64,000 bases of DNA, from the NCBI GenBank assembly GCA_016928555.1, contig JAFGKM010000005.1, positions 9,758 to 73,757 on the forward strand, read 5' to 3'. This DNA is from Candidatus Omnitrophota bacterium (lineage in GTDB: Bacteria; Ratteibacteria; UBA8468; B48-G9; JAFGKM01). The notes under the pieces are model-generated. The model saw only the letters and a list, made by a program, of their open reading frames with translations, did no database searches and was not told the DNA's origin. Shown here piece by piece: positions 7,752 to 17,593 of this stretch. The translations under genes and the position numbers were made by a program. How positions within the stretch are numbered: the stretch's first letter is position 1; each line of letters starts with the position of its first letter.

Positions 7752-10153
7752 CTGGCAGAGAGCACTGCTTCAGCTTTTTTAAGTCCCGCTGATTCCGCCG
7801 TTACCAAGATACGGCCTTTTTTGCCTTTCAGCGAGCGCAGGTATAATACGCAACTGCCGTTGAATGCCTTACGGTAATCCGCATGGAACGGCTCGGTTGA
7901 CGCAGGATTGCCGTTGTCCAAGCCGGCTATCTCGGCAGGCCCGTTGATTTTAAAACGGACAAGATTGTCTGCTCCGGGGCACAGAGTCCCTTTACTGTCT
8001 ATAATATCGACATTGAAAAATGCCATGCCGTCGCCGTCCGCCCGTATTTCTTTTCTGTCTGCGGTAAGCTGTATCCCTGCCGGCTTTCCTGAAGTGCGGA
8101 CGGCGGTTTCCTTCACGGGATGACCGTCATTGTCGTAAGCGATTGCCTTAAGTTCTCCCGGTCTGTATATGACTCCGCTCCACACAAGCCGGTATCTGTT
8201 CACCATGTTTTTGTGATGTTTTGACCGGACGCCCTGCGATACTCCATTGACAAAGAGTTCAACGGTATCCCATCTACTGTAGCAGTGCACAGGGGTGAGC
8301 TCTCCTTCTCTCCCCGGCCATGTCCAGTGCGGCAGGATGTGCAGGGTTTCTTTCTCCGTCCACCTGCTCCGGTAGAGGTAAAACCTGTCTTTCGGTATTC
8401 CGGCAAGGTCAATTATGCCGAAATAGGAACTGCGGCTGGGCCATTCTTCATAGTAGGGCGTGGGTTCTCCGAGATAGTCAAATCCTGTCCATGTAAATTC
8501 ACCCATAATAAACGGGTTTTCATCAATGCTTCGGAAGTCGGTGTCGGGCAGGTTTGCCCACGAAGCACATGCCAAATCGTAACTGCTGACCTGCAGTGTT
8601 TTCCTTTTGGGATTGCGCTCTTCTTCTGCGGGGAAATAATATACTCCGCGGGTGCTGATGCATGAGCCTGTTTCACTGCCGTACATCGGTTTGCCGGGGA
8701 GTTTTGCTTTATACGCGGCGTAGGAATTGGGCGTATAATTCCAGCCGGGTATGTCCACTATTTCCGCCAGTCCGTTTTTAATTGCATTGTCCGGTGAATT
8801 GAATGCGGCCGTGGTCGGCCGGGACGGGTCCTCTTTTTTGCAGATGTTATGCAGGAATGCGGCGGTTTTGGCCCCGCTGGAGACATCCTGTTCGGGCACT
8901 TCATTGCCGATGCTCCACATTATTACGCTCGGGTGGTTCCTGTCCCTTCTTATCATTGCCAGCAAGTCTTTCTTCGCCCACCCGTCAAAAAGGATGTTGT
9001 AGCCGTTTTTGCATTTTGGCATGCGCCATTCGTCAAAGGCCTCGTCAATTACAAGAAACCCCATATTGTCGGCGAGGTCAAGGAGTTCCGGAGCGGGCGG
9101 GTTATGGCTGGTGCGTATTGCATTACAGCCCATATCCTTGAGCATGGACAACTGGCGTTTCAGCGCTTCCGCGTTTACGGCCGTTCCCAGAGGTCCGAGG
9201 TCATGGTGCATGCACACGCCTTTAAAGCGCATCTTTTCTCCGTTCAGTAATAATCCCTGCCCGGCGTCAAACTTCAGATAGCGTATGCCGAAGAGCGTTT
9301 CATGATAATCTGTTTTCTTGCCACCTGTTTTTAATGTTGTCAGGACTGTATGGAGCTTCGGCGAATCAACGGACCATAAAACAGGAGAATTAATGCGGAT
9401 TTTCTGAAGGATAACTCCGCTTTTCAGTATAGTCCTTGTTTCGCTTGAAGATGCGTGTTTTTTCCCGACAGGTCCGATAACCGTTGTTTCAACCGTCACT
9501 TTTTGCCTTTTGCCCGTATGATTTTCAACCGTTGTTTTTATGTCAACCTGCGCTGTTTTCTCATTCAAAGGCTTTGTTGTAACGCATGTTCCCCAGAGGG
9601 AGACGTGGACGGGATTCATTATGACGAGGCGGACTTTTCTATATATGCCTGCTCCGGGATACCACCTTGAGGCAAGGGGCTTGTTATCAACCGATACCGC
9701 GAGTATGTTATCACCCTGTTTTATGAAATCCGTCAGGTCGAAAGCAAAAGATGCATAGCCGTAAGGCCATGTATCGACATATTTCCCGTTGCAGTATACC
9801 CTGCTGTGGCTCATGATTCCGTCAAATTCTATACGCACCCGTTTAGAGCAAATATCTTTCGGAAGACTGAATTTCAGCCGATACCATGCTTTGCCTGCAT
9901 GCGGAAGTCCTCCGGTGCGCCCTGTGTGATAAAGGGATTTCCTCTGTCCGTCCTGGATGATAGCGGTAACATGTATGTCGTTTTCACGGCTGAAAGGGCC
10001 TTCTATTGCCCAATCGTGGGGTACGCGCACCGTCTCCCACCCTGAATCGTCAAAATCCGGCAGCGCCATTTCAGGAGCATCCGCAAGCCTGAATTTCCAT
10101 CCGTATTTCAACGTCAGGGTTTCCCTGGTATTTTTACCGGTTTTGCTTTTCAT
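7748..10153 (-). CDS. glycoside hydrolase family 2 (beta-galactosidase/beta-glucuronidase-like)
   Basis: GH2 N-terminal sugar-binding domain, TIM barrel with the WSIGNE motif and the GH2 C-terminal domain. The true start is chosen at ATG 10153 (MKSKTGKN...), which has a GGAG Shine-Dalgarno; the track ORF extends 120 codons further upstream. The gene overlaps the radical SAM start by 4 nt. Confidence 0.85.
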   Translation of the reverse strand: MKSKTGKNTRETLTLKYGWKFRLADAPEMALPDFDDSGWETVRVPHDWAIEGPFSRENDIHVTAIIQDGQRKSLYHTGRTGGLPHAGKAWYRLKFSLPKDICSKRVRIEFDGIMSHSRVYCNGKYVDTWPYGYASFAFDLTDFIKQGDNILAVSVDNKPLASRWYPGAGIYRKVRLVIMNPVHVSLWGTCVTTKPLNEKTAQVDIKTTVENHTGKRQKVTVETTVIGPVGKKHASSSETRTILKSGVILQKIRINSPVLWSVDSPKLHTVLTTLKTGGKKTDYHETLFGIRYLKFDAGQGLLLNGEKMRFKGVCMHHDLGPLGTAVNAEALKRQLSMLKDMGCNAIRTSHNPPAPELLDLADNMGFLVIDEAFDEWRMPKCKNGYNILFDGWAKKDLLAMIRRDRNHPSVIMWSIGNEVPEQDVSSGAKTAAFLHNICKKEDPSRPTTAAFNSPDNAIKNGLAEIVDIPGWNYTPNSYAAYKAKLPGKPMYGSETGSCISTRGVYYFPAEEERNPKRKTLQVSSYDLACASWANLPDTDFRSIDENPFIMGEFTWTGFDYLGEPTPYYEEWPSRSSYFGIIDLAGIPKDRFYLYRSRWTEKETLHILPHWTWPGREGELTPVHCYSRWDTVELFVNGVSQGVRSKHHKNMVNRYRLVWSGVIYRPGELKAIAYDNDGHPVKETAVRTSGKPAGIQLTADRKEIRADGDGMAFFNVDIIDSKGTLCPGADNLVRFKINGPAEIAGLDNGNPASTEPFHADYRKAFNGSCVLYLRSLKGKKGRILVTAESAGLKKAEAVLSAR

Positions 10154-10355
10154 AAAAAACCTTCTCCTTCTCTTACAGAATACGAAGCAATTATATAATA
10201 AATAAAAGAGAGCGTAAAATTGTATCTTCTTTACGTTAGTGATATTATTTTTAGAAAGAACAACGAATCGAAATCCCTCTCCGAGAGGGAGACAGATTGA
10301 GATTGCCGCGCCCCAAAGAAACGGGGCTCGCAATGACAAAGTGTGGATGGAATAC

Positions 10356-11495
10356 ATGAAAATTATAATAGCGCCTGCGTCCTTCAAGGGAAGTCTTTCC
10401 AATATTGAAGCGGCGCTGATTATTGAAAAAGCGTGCCTTGATGTTTTTCCGTCCGCGGAAACCGTTCTTTTCCCGCTCGCGGACGGAGGCGAAGGCACGA
10501 TAGACGTCGTCAAAAAAATTGCGGGAGGCCGTTTAATGCAGGCAGAGGTTCACGGCCCCCTTTTCGGGAAGATAAAAGCAAAGTGGCTGAAACAAGAAGG
10601 TACTGCGTATATCGAGATGGCCCAGGCGGCGGGGCTGACTCTTCTTAGTGAAAAAGAAAAAAATCCGCTGGAGACCACCACCTTCGGCGCGGGAGAATTG
10701 ATCAGGCGTGCAGTCTCTTTCGGATGCAGGGATATTTTCATCGGGGTTGGGGGAAGCGCCACAAACGACGGAGGCATCGGAGCTCTTACTGCACTCGGAG
10801 CAATCTTTTCCCGAAAAAACGGGAGCAGGATTTATCCCGGATGCGGGAAAGACCTTGCAGATATTGAAAGAATTGATGTTTCGGGCTTGATGCCTGAACT
10901 TGCGGAGAGCAGGTTCACAATTCTTTCCGATGTTAAAAATCCTCTTTACGGGAAAAGGGGAGCGGCTTATTTATACGGGCCCCAGAAAGGAGCGGACAAA
11001 AAAGTCGTAGAACTGCTGGATAAGGGTTTGAGAAATTACAGCCGCCTAATCAGGAAAACTGCCGGAATTGATGCGGCGCATATTCCGGGAACCGGTGCGG
11101 CGGGAGGATTTGCAGGCGGTTTTGCCGCTTTTCTGCAGGCGGAAATTGTTTCGGGGATAGAGACACTGCTTGAGATGGGACGGGTCGCGGATAAAATACA
11201 GAACGCGGATTTACTGTTTACCGGAGAAGGCAGGGTGGATATTCAGACGCTGTATGGAAAGGCGCCGGGTGTTGTAACGCGAATTTCGGAAAAACACGGA
11301 GTGCCTGTCATTCTGTTCGCAGGGAGAGCGGAGAAAGAGATATGCAAAAAAAGGATTTTTAAAAATGCGTTAATCGCTGAGATTTCTCCGGAGAATATCT
11401 CTGTTGAAAGAGCGATGAAAAATGCTGGAAAATATCTTTACGGCGCAGCGGTCAAAATGCTCAAAAGCAGGCTTGTGAAAAGCACTTGTTTTTAA
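10356..11495 (+). CDS. glycerate kinase (GlxK/GarK family)
   Basis: MKIIIAPASFKGSL N-terminus plus the family motifs ADGGEGT and GAAGG. Start taken at 10356, not at the upstream in-frame ATG. Confidence 0.85.
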   Translation: MKIIIAPASFKGSLSNIEAALIIEKACLDVFPSAETVLFPLADGGEGTIDVVKKIAGGRLMQAEVHGPLFGKIKAKWLKQEGTAYIEMAQAAGLTLLSEKEKNPLETTTFGAGELIRRAVSFGCRDIFIGVGGSATNDGGIGALTALGAIFSRKNGSRIYPGCGKDLADIERIDVSGLMPELAESRFTILSDVKNPLYGKRGAAYLYGPQKGADKKVVELLDKGLRNYSRLIRKTAGIDAAHIPGTGAAGGFAGGFAAFLQAEIVSGIETLLEMGRVADKIQNADLLFTGEGRVDIQTLYGKAPGVVTRISEKHGVPVILFAGRAEKEICKKRIFKNALIAEISPENISVERAMKNAGKYLYGAAVKMLKSRLVKSTCF

Positions 11496-11569
11496 AAAGG
11501 AAAATTTATTTGATTTTTTTTTATGATATATGATATAGTAAATTCAGCAGTCAAAAAAAGGAGGTAGAA

Positions 11570-11701
11570 ATGGGAAGGATTTTGATTAAGGGCGCAGTAA
11601 AGAGAGAGAAGGGATGCATGTATTATGTGGACGGCGCGGGAAATGTCTGTGAGGCAAAGATGGCTCGCGGCGGAAAGAAAAAGAAAAAAGCAAAGAAGTA
11701 A
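11570..11701 (+). CDS. small basic protein, 43 aa (MGRILIKGAVKREKGCMYYVDGAGNVCEAKMARGGKKKKKAKK)
   Basis: Perfect AGGAGG Shine-Dalgarno 6 nt upstream of the ATG. It is followed by an intrinsic terminator. It is below the 60-aa cutoff of the ORF track. Confidence 0.5.
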   Translation: MGRILIKGAVKREKGCMYYVDGAGNVCEAKMARGGKKKKKAKK

Positions 11702-11758
11702 CAAAAATAGTTTTTTTGTAAATGTTTCATTAGGTGTTTGCGGCAGGACTGCAGTTAT

Positions 11759-11798
11759 AACCGCACCCTTTAAATTTATTTAGGGGGTGCGGTTTTTT
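11759..11798 (+). terminator. rho-independent terminator (CCGCACCC-loop-GGGTGCGG + TTTTTT)
   Basis: 8-9-bp GC-rich stem with a 15-nt loop followed by a T6 run, directly after the small ORF. Confidence 0.6.
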
Positions 11799-12717
11799 AT
11801 CTGCCTATTGAAACCGGAATGCCGGAAATCCTCTTCAACTCCTCCTCCAGTTTTTCCGGATTTATTTTATCGAGGAGATTCAGCTCTTTCAGTTTTTCAC
11901 GGGCGAGTGCTTCCACGCCGGAAATGAGGGAATAAATATCGGGGTGGACTTCAATCAAAATTTCTTTTTCAGCGGCGTAAATTTTAACCGGTTCGTAAAT
12001 AAATGCTCCGGTATCTCCGACAGCAACTTCCTCAAAAACCTTATGTATGTCTTCAGGATACAGACGCACGCATCCGTGGCTTAGGGCTTTTCCTATTGAC
12101 ATCGGCTGGTTGGTACCGTGAATTCCTGTGTGCCTGACAGATGTTCCAATCCACCTGTCGCCAAGAGGGTTATCGGGACCGGCGGGGATGATTTCCCTTT
12201 TTACCTTTTCTCTCTCGGCAATCTCCAGAGGCATGTACCATGCAGGGTCCCTGACTTTATCAACAATCATAAATTCGCCGAGCGGCGTCTGCCATGTCAC
12301 CAGGCCTATGCAGATAGGATATACTCCGGCAAGCATTCGGTTATTGAAAACATACATGCGGAATTCAGGAACGTTTATTAATATGCCGCGTTCCGTGGTT
12401 TTTGGGACGATTACATTGAGAGGAATGACAAGTTTCTGTTCCGGAAATATAAGATTGGGATTGTCTATGCCGTTGGCGCGGGCAATTGCAGGGTAAGAGA
12501 CTCCGTATATCCTGGCTATATTGAAAAGGGATTCGTCAGGTTTTACGGTGTGTATAATATTTTCACCCGTTATAAACAATTGCTGGGGAATTGAGTTGTT
12601 GTTTGAAGAAGAGAGCGTATCTGTCCCTGTTTCAGCATAAACGGTATAAAGTACTCCGGCAAGCATTAACAGTCCTGCAACCAACAAACGTATCAAGTTC
12701 TTTCTTCTCTGGTTCAT
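11797..12717 (-). CDS. LysM domain-containing L,D-transpeptidase (YkuD family)
   Basis: N-terminal membrane anchor, LysM (HTVKPDESLFNIARIYGVSYPAIARANGI) and the L,D-transpeptidase catalytic motif HGTNQPMSIGKALSHGCVRL. Confidence 0.85.
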   Translation of the reverse strand: MNQRRKNLIRLLVAGLLMLAGVLYTVYAETGTDTLSSSNNNSIPQQLFITGENIIHTVKPDESLFNIARIYGVSYPAIARANGIDNPNLIFPEQKLVIPLNVIVPKTTERGILINVPEFRMYVFNNRMLAGVYPICIGLVTWQTPLGEFMIVDKVRDPAWYMPLEIAEREKVKREIIPAGPDNPLGDRWIGTSVRHTGIHGTNQPMSIGKALSHGCVRLYPEDIHKVFEEVAVGDTGAFIYEPVKIYAAEKEILIEVHPDIYSLISGVEALAREKLKELNLLDKINPEKLEEELKRISGIPVSIGR

Positions 12718-12809
12718 GGCTGGTATTATATTGCTTCATCCTTTCTAAAGTCAAACTTTTTCTTTATGTCAGCGACATCAAGAGATGAAATTTGTTGTAC
12801 GTTTTTTTC

Positions 12810-12818
12810 TGGTATAAT
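12810..12818 (+). promoter_or_regulatory. extended -10 promoter element TGgTATAAT
   Basis: TGGTATAAT lies about 35 nt upstream of ATG 12854, which has a GGGGGT Shine-Dalgarno. This favours 12854 over the first ATG at 12833. Confidence 0.45.
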
Positions 12819-12853
12819 ATATTTCTATTCTCATGATTCCATTGGGGGTAAAA

Positions 12854-13867
12854 ATGAGCAGAGAGCTGTTTCTTAAAAGCGTCGTTAGGGAAAATGATTC
12901 CGGCATGACTGTTTTCGGCACCGGAACCAGCATTGTATGCAGAGATGTTATGGAAAGCGTAAAAACTTATTTGCCGCAAGGACATATAGAACCTGAGGCG
13001 ATGTTCAACCTTGCTCTTGCCGGCCATACTCTTCTGGGATTCGACGTAGTCATGCCTCTTTTCAGCACATGCCATGAGGCAGCGTCCATGGGATGCAGCG
13101 TCAAGTGGGGCGGACCTGAAATGATGCCTGAGAGCGGCGGACCGATATTCAAAACATCCGATGATATAAATATTCCGGCAGACCTGCTTGCCCGGCCGGG
13201 TTGTGCCGTGCCTCTAAAAGCCATCGCTATGCTGCGAAAAGAGTTAGGAGATGAAGCGGCTGTTTGCGGCAAGGTTTTTGGAAGCTGGACTCAGGCGTAC
13301 CACTACTTCGGGATAGAAAATTTTCTTATCAAAACAATTACCGAGCCGGATGAGGTCAAACGGATTTTGGAAAAATTGATGCCCGTGACCATTCAATTTG
13401 CACAAGCTCAGATAGAGGCCGGTGCAGACTGTATTCTTCTCGGAGACCACGCCACACGTGATCTCTGCAGTCCTTCTTCCTATAAAGAATTTTTGATGGA
13501 CATGCATGCTCAACTGGCTGATGCTGTAAAAGCGCCTTTGATATTGCATATATGCGGCAATACTTCAGACCGCATCAGTTATATTTCCCGTACAGGCCTG
13601 CCGTGTTTTCACTGGGATACCAAGACAGGTTCACCGCAGGAAGTAAGGAATTTAGCCGGTGAAAAACTTTCGTTGATGGGAGGAATAAGCAATCTTAGAT
13701 TGCTTAACGGCACACCGGACGAGATAGCAGAGATGGCTTTTTCCGCGGCATGTGCCGATATAGATATAATAGGTCCCGAGTGCGCTATTCCCTTGACAAC
13801 GCCTCTTGCCAATCTTAAGGCAATAACTTCTATCGGCAGGAAAAAAAGAATAAGAAGGAAAATTTAG
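12854..13867 (+). CDS. uroporphyrinogen decarboxylase (URO-D)/MtaA-like family protein, paralog 1
   Basis: HICGNT...GGISN...P.EIA.. C-terminal architecture typical of the URO-D/MtaA/CmuA superfamily. Confidence 0.7.
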   Translation: MSRELFLKSVVRENDSGMTVFGTGTSIVCRDVMESVKTYLPQGHIEPEAMFNLALAGHTLLGFDVVMPLFSTCHEAASMGCSVKWGGPEMMPESGGPIFKTSDDINIPADLLARPGCAVPLKAIAMLRKELGDEAAVCGKVFGSWTQAYHYFGIENFLIKTITEPDEVKRILEKLMPVTIQFAQAQIEAGADCILLGDHATRDLCSPSSYKEFLMDMHAQLADAVKAPLILHICGNTSDRISYISRTGLPCFHWDTKTGSPQEVRNLAGEKLSLMGGISNLRLLNGTPDEIAEMAFSAACADIDIIGPECAIPLTTPLANLKAITSIGRKKRIRRKI

Positions 13868-15051
13868 AGGCTTCGTGCAAATTCTCTGATAGTCTCCAGC
13901 CTGTCGATTTCGGCGTCGGGCAGAACATTGTCTGAAACTTCCAGAATTAAAGGCTCGCCCCTTCTGTAGCTTTTTTTGAATTCTGCAAGGAAGTTTTTGA
14001 ATTGAGTATCGGAAAAAGATGATTTGAAAAGAATCGTTGAAGGTATTCCCCCGCAAATTACCTGTTCCGGACGCAAACTGTCTCTTATTTCCCTGTAGGT
14101 ATTTTTTACCATGGGGGCTGTACTTACAGCCTGCAGAATGTCTATGCCGCTCTGTCTGTATAACTCCAGCAATTGATTGTTTTCGCCGTCGCAGTGAGAG
14201 ATGACCAATCCGCCTTTTTCATGTATAATTTCGCATACATTATTCAAAAAAGGAAGGATATGTTCTCTGAAAAAAGGAGGAAAAGTGAGCATGCTGTCAT
14301 AGTTTCCTCCCCAGACTACTATGGGTTTCTTTGCACATTCTGTTACAGTTTTCAAAATACTCAATAAAAAACTTTCAAGCACTTTGCATAATGCGAGAAG
14401 TTTTTTTAGATTAAGCTTGTATTCTATATAAAAGAAAGAAGGATCCATTAAATCACGAAGAACGGCATGCATGGGACTTGCCGCCAGATAGCCGTAAACA
14501 GGGGGGAATCCTTCGTCTCCGACGGCCTCCAGTGACATGCGGTAATTTTCCGGTTTAGGGATAACCTTGACGGAAGCAAAGATATCCATAACCTTGCTAT
14601 AATCATCCTCGGACTTTATAAGATGCTCTTTTATAGGCGGTAAAGTTGAACCCTGCTTTTTTAACGTCTCGTCCATCAGGAAGCTGCCGGATAAATTACT
14701 TTCGGGGAGTTCGTATTTAACCCGTATCAAACCGTTATCGTTATTTACAATCGTCTTAAAAGAGGGGTCCAAAGCAACGTCATATGGAATATCTCTGGAT
14801 GAAAAAATGCCCAATAGCCTGTTTTGAAGAGAAATAATGTTGTAGTTATCGCTAAAATCAGGAAGAATTTTATTATAAGTGAGGTCAAGATTTTTAACAA
14901 TCTGTTTTAAGCTCAGGCCTTTAAATTTTTCCGGCAGGATCCCTTTATAAGAATTGCTGTAGTACCATATATCCATTCTTGGAGCAAAGGGAACGCCTTC
15001 CTGCATATTACCCCTCAATGCTTCCAAAAAAATCTCTTTTTTATTTTTCAT
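13864..15051 (-). CDS. URO-D-like family protein, paralog 2
   Basis: SHCDGEN...LEVSDNVLPDAEIDRL is a URO-D-like C-terminus. It is convergent with paralog 1 and overlaps it by 4 nt. Confidence 0.65.
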   Translation of the reverse strand: MKNKKEIFLEALRGNMQEGVPFAPRMDIWYYSNSYKGILPEKFKGLSLKQIVKNLDLTYNKILPDFSDNYNIISLQNRLLGIFSSRDIPYDVALDPSFKTIVNNDNGLIRVKYELPESNLSGSFLMDETLKKQGSTLPPIKEHLIKSEDDYSKVMDIFASVKVIPKPENYRMSLEAVGDEGFPPVYGYLAASPMHAVLRDLMDPSFFYIEYKLNLKKLLALCKVLESFLLSILKTVTECAKKPIVVWGGNYDSMLTFPPFFREHILPFLNNVCEIIHEKGGLVISHCDGENNQLLELYRQSGIDILQAVSTAPMVKNTYREIRDSLRPEQVICGGIPSTILFKSSFSDTQFKNFLAEFKKSYRRGEPLILEVSDNVLPDAEIDRLETIREFARSL

Positions 15052-15192
15052 TTACTTCCCTTTTTGCAAAGACTCCCCTTATTGTACTATACTCTCGGTT
15101 TCTATCAAATCAGGGTGGTTTCGACCATTGCTTTTATTCCTATGATATTTCTCGGATTTGGGACATCTTTCCTTCTGTTGTAAAATATACCG

Positions 15193-16725
15193 ATGCTTGC
15201 CAAAATCAACTCGCTGACAATCTGGGGGATTGAAGGGTATTCCGTGGAAGTTGAGGTGGATATAAGTTACGGCGTGCCCGCAGTTTCCGTGGTGGGCCTG
15301 CCGGACCAGGCGGTAAAAGAGAGCAGGGACAGGATAAAGCCGGCTATAAAAAACTCGGGTTTTGATTTTCCCGCAAACGGCAAAATAGTAATCAATCTCG
15401 CGCCGGCAGACATAAAAAAGGAAGGTTCTTACTTTGACCTGCCCATTGCGGCGGGCATACTCGCCGCGCAGAGTCTCCTTCCTTTTGACCGCCTCGCGGA
15501 GTTTTCTTTTGTCGGGGAGCTTGCTTTGGACGGTACTTTAAGGCCCGTAAAAGGCATCCTTCCCATCGCCATAAAGCTTTCGGAACTTAAAGAAGGGCGC
15601 AAAAAACTTATCATACCTGCGGAAAATGCTCTTGAAGCGTCAATTATCAAGGGCATAGAGGTTTATCCTGTAAAAAATTTAAGGGATTGTATGGCATTTC
15701 TTACCGGCAAAAAAAAGATTGAGCCGGCTGTATGCAACGTTAAATCTCTTTTTGAATCTAAAAGGAAATACAGCCTGGATTTCAAGGATGTAAAAGGGCA
15801 GGCGTATGCGAAAAGGGCGATAGAGGTTGCGGTCGCGGGCGCGCATAACATCATTATGGCCGGCTCTCCCGGGGCAGGGAAGACAATGCTCGCTTCAAGG
15901 ATGCCGTCCATACTGCCGGCGCTTACGCTTCCCGAGGCGCTTGAGATAACAAGGGTGCACTCCGTCGCCGGAATATTGCAGGAAGGGCTTATCACCGAGA
16001 GGCCGTTCAGGGCTCCTCACCATACCATATCGGACGTTGCCCTCATAGGGGGAGGCAATATACCCAAACCGGGAGAGGTAAGCCTTGCTCATAACGGAGT
16101 TTTGTTTCTTGACGAACTGCCCGAGTTCCACAGGGATGTCCTGGAAGTTTTGCGACAGCCCCTTGAGGACGGGAAGGTAAATATATCAAGGGCGAGAGGC
16201 AGGATTGCTTTTCCCGCAAGGTTTCTTATGGCGGCATCCATGAACCCGTGTTATTGCGGGTGGTACGGAGATGCCGCAAGGCAGTGCAACTGCACCCTTG
16301 CCCAGATACTTAAATACAGAAAAAAGATTTCCGGACCGTTGCTGGACAGGATAGACATACACATAGAAGTTTCAAGCCTGCCTTCCGGAGCCCTGCTTAA
16401 AGAGCGGGAGGAAGAACCGTCCGAAACAATAAGGCGGCGCGTGGAGAAAGCGAGGGCTGTTCAGCAAAAACGGTTTGAAGGCACGGGTATATTCTTCAAC
16501 GGGCATATGTCCGCCTCCCAGATAAAAAAATACTGCGTTCTTGATGAAGAATGCGTGAGGTTAATAAAGACCGCGCTTGATAAGATGCGGTTGTCGGCGC
16601 GCGCCTATGATAAGATACGCAAGGTGGCCCGGACCATTGCCGACCTTGACGCCTGTGAAGCCATACGTCCCCAGCACCTCGCCGAAGCAATCCAGTACCG
16701 CAGTCTCGACCGGGATATCTGCTGA
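15193..16725 (+). CDS. yifB: YifB/ComM family Mg-chelatase-like AAA+ ATPase
   Basis: Lon-like N-terminal domain, Walker A GSPGAGKT and ChlI-type C-terminus; 510 aa. Confidence 0.9.
   Translation: MLAKINSLTIWGIEGYSVEVEVDISYGVPAVSVVGLPDQAVKESRDRIKPAIKNSGFDFPANGKIVINLAPADIKKEGSYFDLPIAAGILAAQSLLPFDRLAEFSFVGELALDGTLRPVKGILPIAIKLSELKEGRKKLIIPAENALEASIIKGIEVYPVKNLRDCMAFLTGKKKIEPAVCNVKSLFESKRKYSLDFKDVKGQAYAKRAIEVAVAGAHNIIMAGSPGAGKTMLASRMPSILPALTLPEALEITRVHSVAGILQEGLITERPFRAPHHTISDVALIGGGNIPKPGEVSLAHNGVLFLDELPEFHRDVLEVLRQPLEDGKVNISRARGRIAFPARFLMAASMNPCYCGWYGDAARQCNCTLAQILKYRKKISGPLLDRIDIHIEVSSLPSGALLKEREEEPSETIRRRVEKARAVQQKRFEGTGIFFNGHMSASQIKKYCVLDEECVRLIKTALDKMRLSARAYDKIRKVARTIADLDACEAIRPQHLAEAIQYRSLDRDIC
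16661..16725. repeat. 65-bp direct repeat copy 1 (last 65 nt of yifB including the stop codon)
   Basis: Identical to 17447..17511 (ccatacgtccccagcacctcgccgaagcaatccagtaccgcagtctcgaccgggatatctgctga). Confidence 0.9.
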
Positions 16726-16742
16726 AGCCGCAATTTAAAGTA

Positions 16743-16771
16743 TTGACTTCTGAAAAATCATTGAGTATCAT
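16743..16771 (+). promoter_or_regulatory. sigma70-like promoter TTGACT-N17-TATCAT upstream of mntA
   Basis: Canonical 17-nt spacing. The GGAGAAAGG Shine-Dalgarno and ATG 16791 follow. Confidence 0.5.
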
Positions 16772-16790
16772 ATGAATGAAAGAATAACTA

Positions 16791-17102
16791 TTGGAGAAAG
16801 GTATGAAAAAGCTTGAAGCAATTCAGAAACTGCTGACTGAACATAAAGAGGAACTGCTGGAAAAATATTCTTTGAGAGAAATAGGAATATTCGGATCATA
16901 TGTAAGGGGTGAACAGAAAGAAGTGAGCGATTTGGACCTTCTTGTGGAATTTGATGAAGATGCGAGAATAAGCCTGATGGATTTTGTCGGGATAGAAAAT
17001 GATTTAAGCGATTTGTTGGGAGTTAAGGTAGACTTGGTGGAAAAATCAGCGTTGAAACCGAGAATAGGCAAGCGTATATTGGAAGAGGTAGTCCTCTTAT
17101 GA
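16791..17102 (+). CDS. mntA: MntA-type nucleotidyltransferase antitoxin (minimal NTase)
   Basis: [18 protein letters not shown] = GSx10DxD NTase motif; 103 aa. It overlaps hepT by 4 nt. Confidence 0.85.
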   Translation: MEKGMKKLEAIQKLLTEHKEELLEKYSLREIGIFGSYVRGEQKEVSDLDLLVEFDEDARISLMDFVGIENDLSDLLGVKVDLVEKSALKPRIGKRILEEVVLL

Positions 17103-17440
17103 AAAGAGAGATAGGAGATTATATACAGGATATAGTTGATGCTATGAATGCGGCTGAAGAATTTGTAAAAGAAATTGACTATGCCGAACTTGTATCAGAT
17201 ACGAAAACAATTTATGCCGTTGTCAGGTCTATAGAGATTATAGGAGAGGCGGCTAAAAACATACCTGAGGAAATAAGAAAAAAATATCCGGATATACCGT
17301 GGAGAAAGATGGCAGGAATGCGTGATAAAGTTATCCACGAGTATTTTGGGGTAAAATTGGAAAGGGTATGGGAAACAATTCAGAAGGATTTCCCCGCAAT
17401 AAAACCTCTGTTTGAAAAGATGCTGCATGATTATGATTGA
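17099..17440 (+). CDS. hepT: HepT-type HEPN toxin (DUF86)
   Basis: HEPN Rx4HxY motif RDKVIHEY; 113 aa; classic MNT/HEPN pair. Confidence 0.85.
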   Translation: MKREIGDYIQDIVDAMNAAEEFVKEIDYAELVSDTKTIYAVVRSIEIIGEAAKNIPEEIRKKYPDIPWRKMAGMRDKVIHEYFGVKLERVWETIQKDFPAIKPLFEKMLHDYD

Positions 17441-17446
17441 ATCACC

Positions 17447-17511
17447 CCATACGTCCCCAGCACCTCGCCGAAGCAATCCAGTACCGCAGTCTCGACCGGG
17501 ATATCTGCTGA
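17447..17511. repeat. 65-bp direct repeat copy 2
   Basis: Exact copy of the yifB 3' end, located directly after hepT. Confidence 0.9.
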
Positions 17512-17528
17512 CATTAAGATGAAGCTTC

Positions 17529-17557
17529 TTGACATACACCTGTTTAAGAGGTATATT
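17529..17557 (+). promoter_or_regulatory. sigma70-like promoter TTGACA-N17-TATATT upstream of the RHH antitoxin
   Basis: Consensus -35, 17-nt spacer, and a GGAGG Shine-Dalgarno before ATG 17594. Confidence 0.5.
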
Positions 17558-17593
17558 CTAAATGAATACAAAAGAATACACCGGAGGCATAAT

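Noticed and set aside
10154-10355. N-terminal extensions in the track ORFs for GH2 (7748..10513) and glycerate kinase (10239..)
   Set aside because: Internal Met codons with Shine-Dalgarno sequences (10153 and 10356) match the conserved N-termini of the families; the upstream extensions have no homology.
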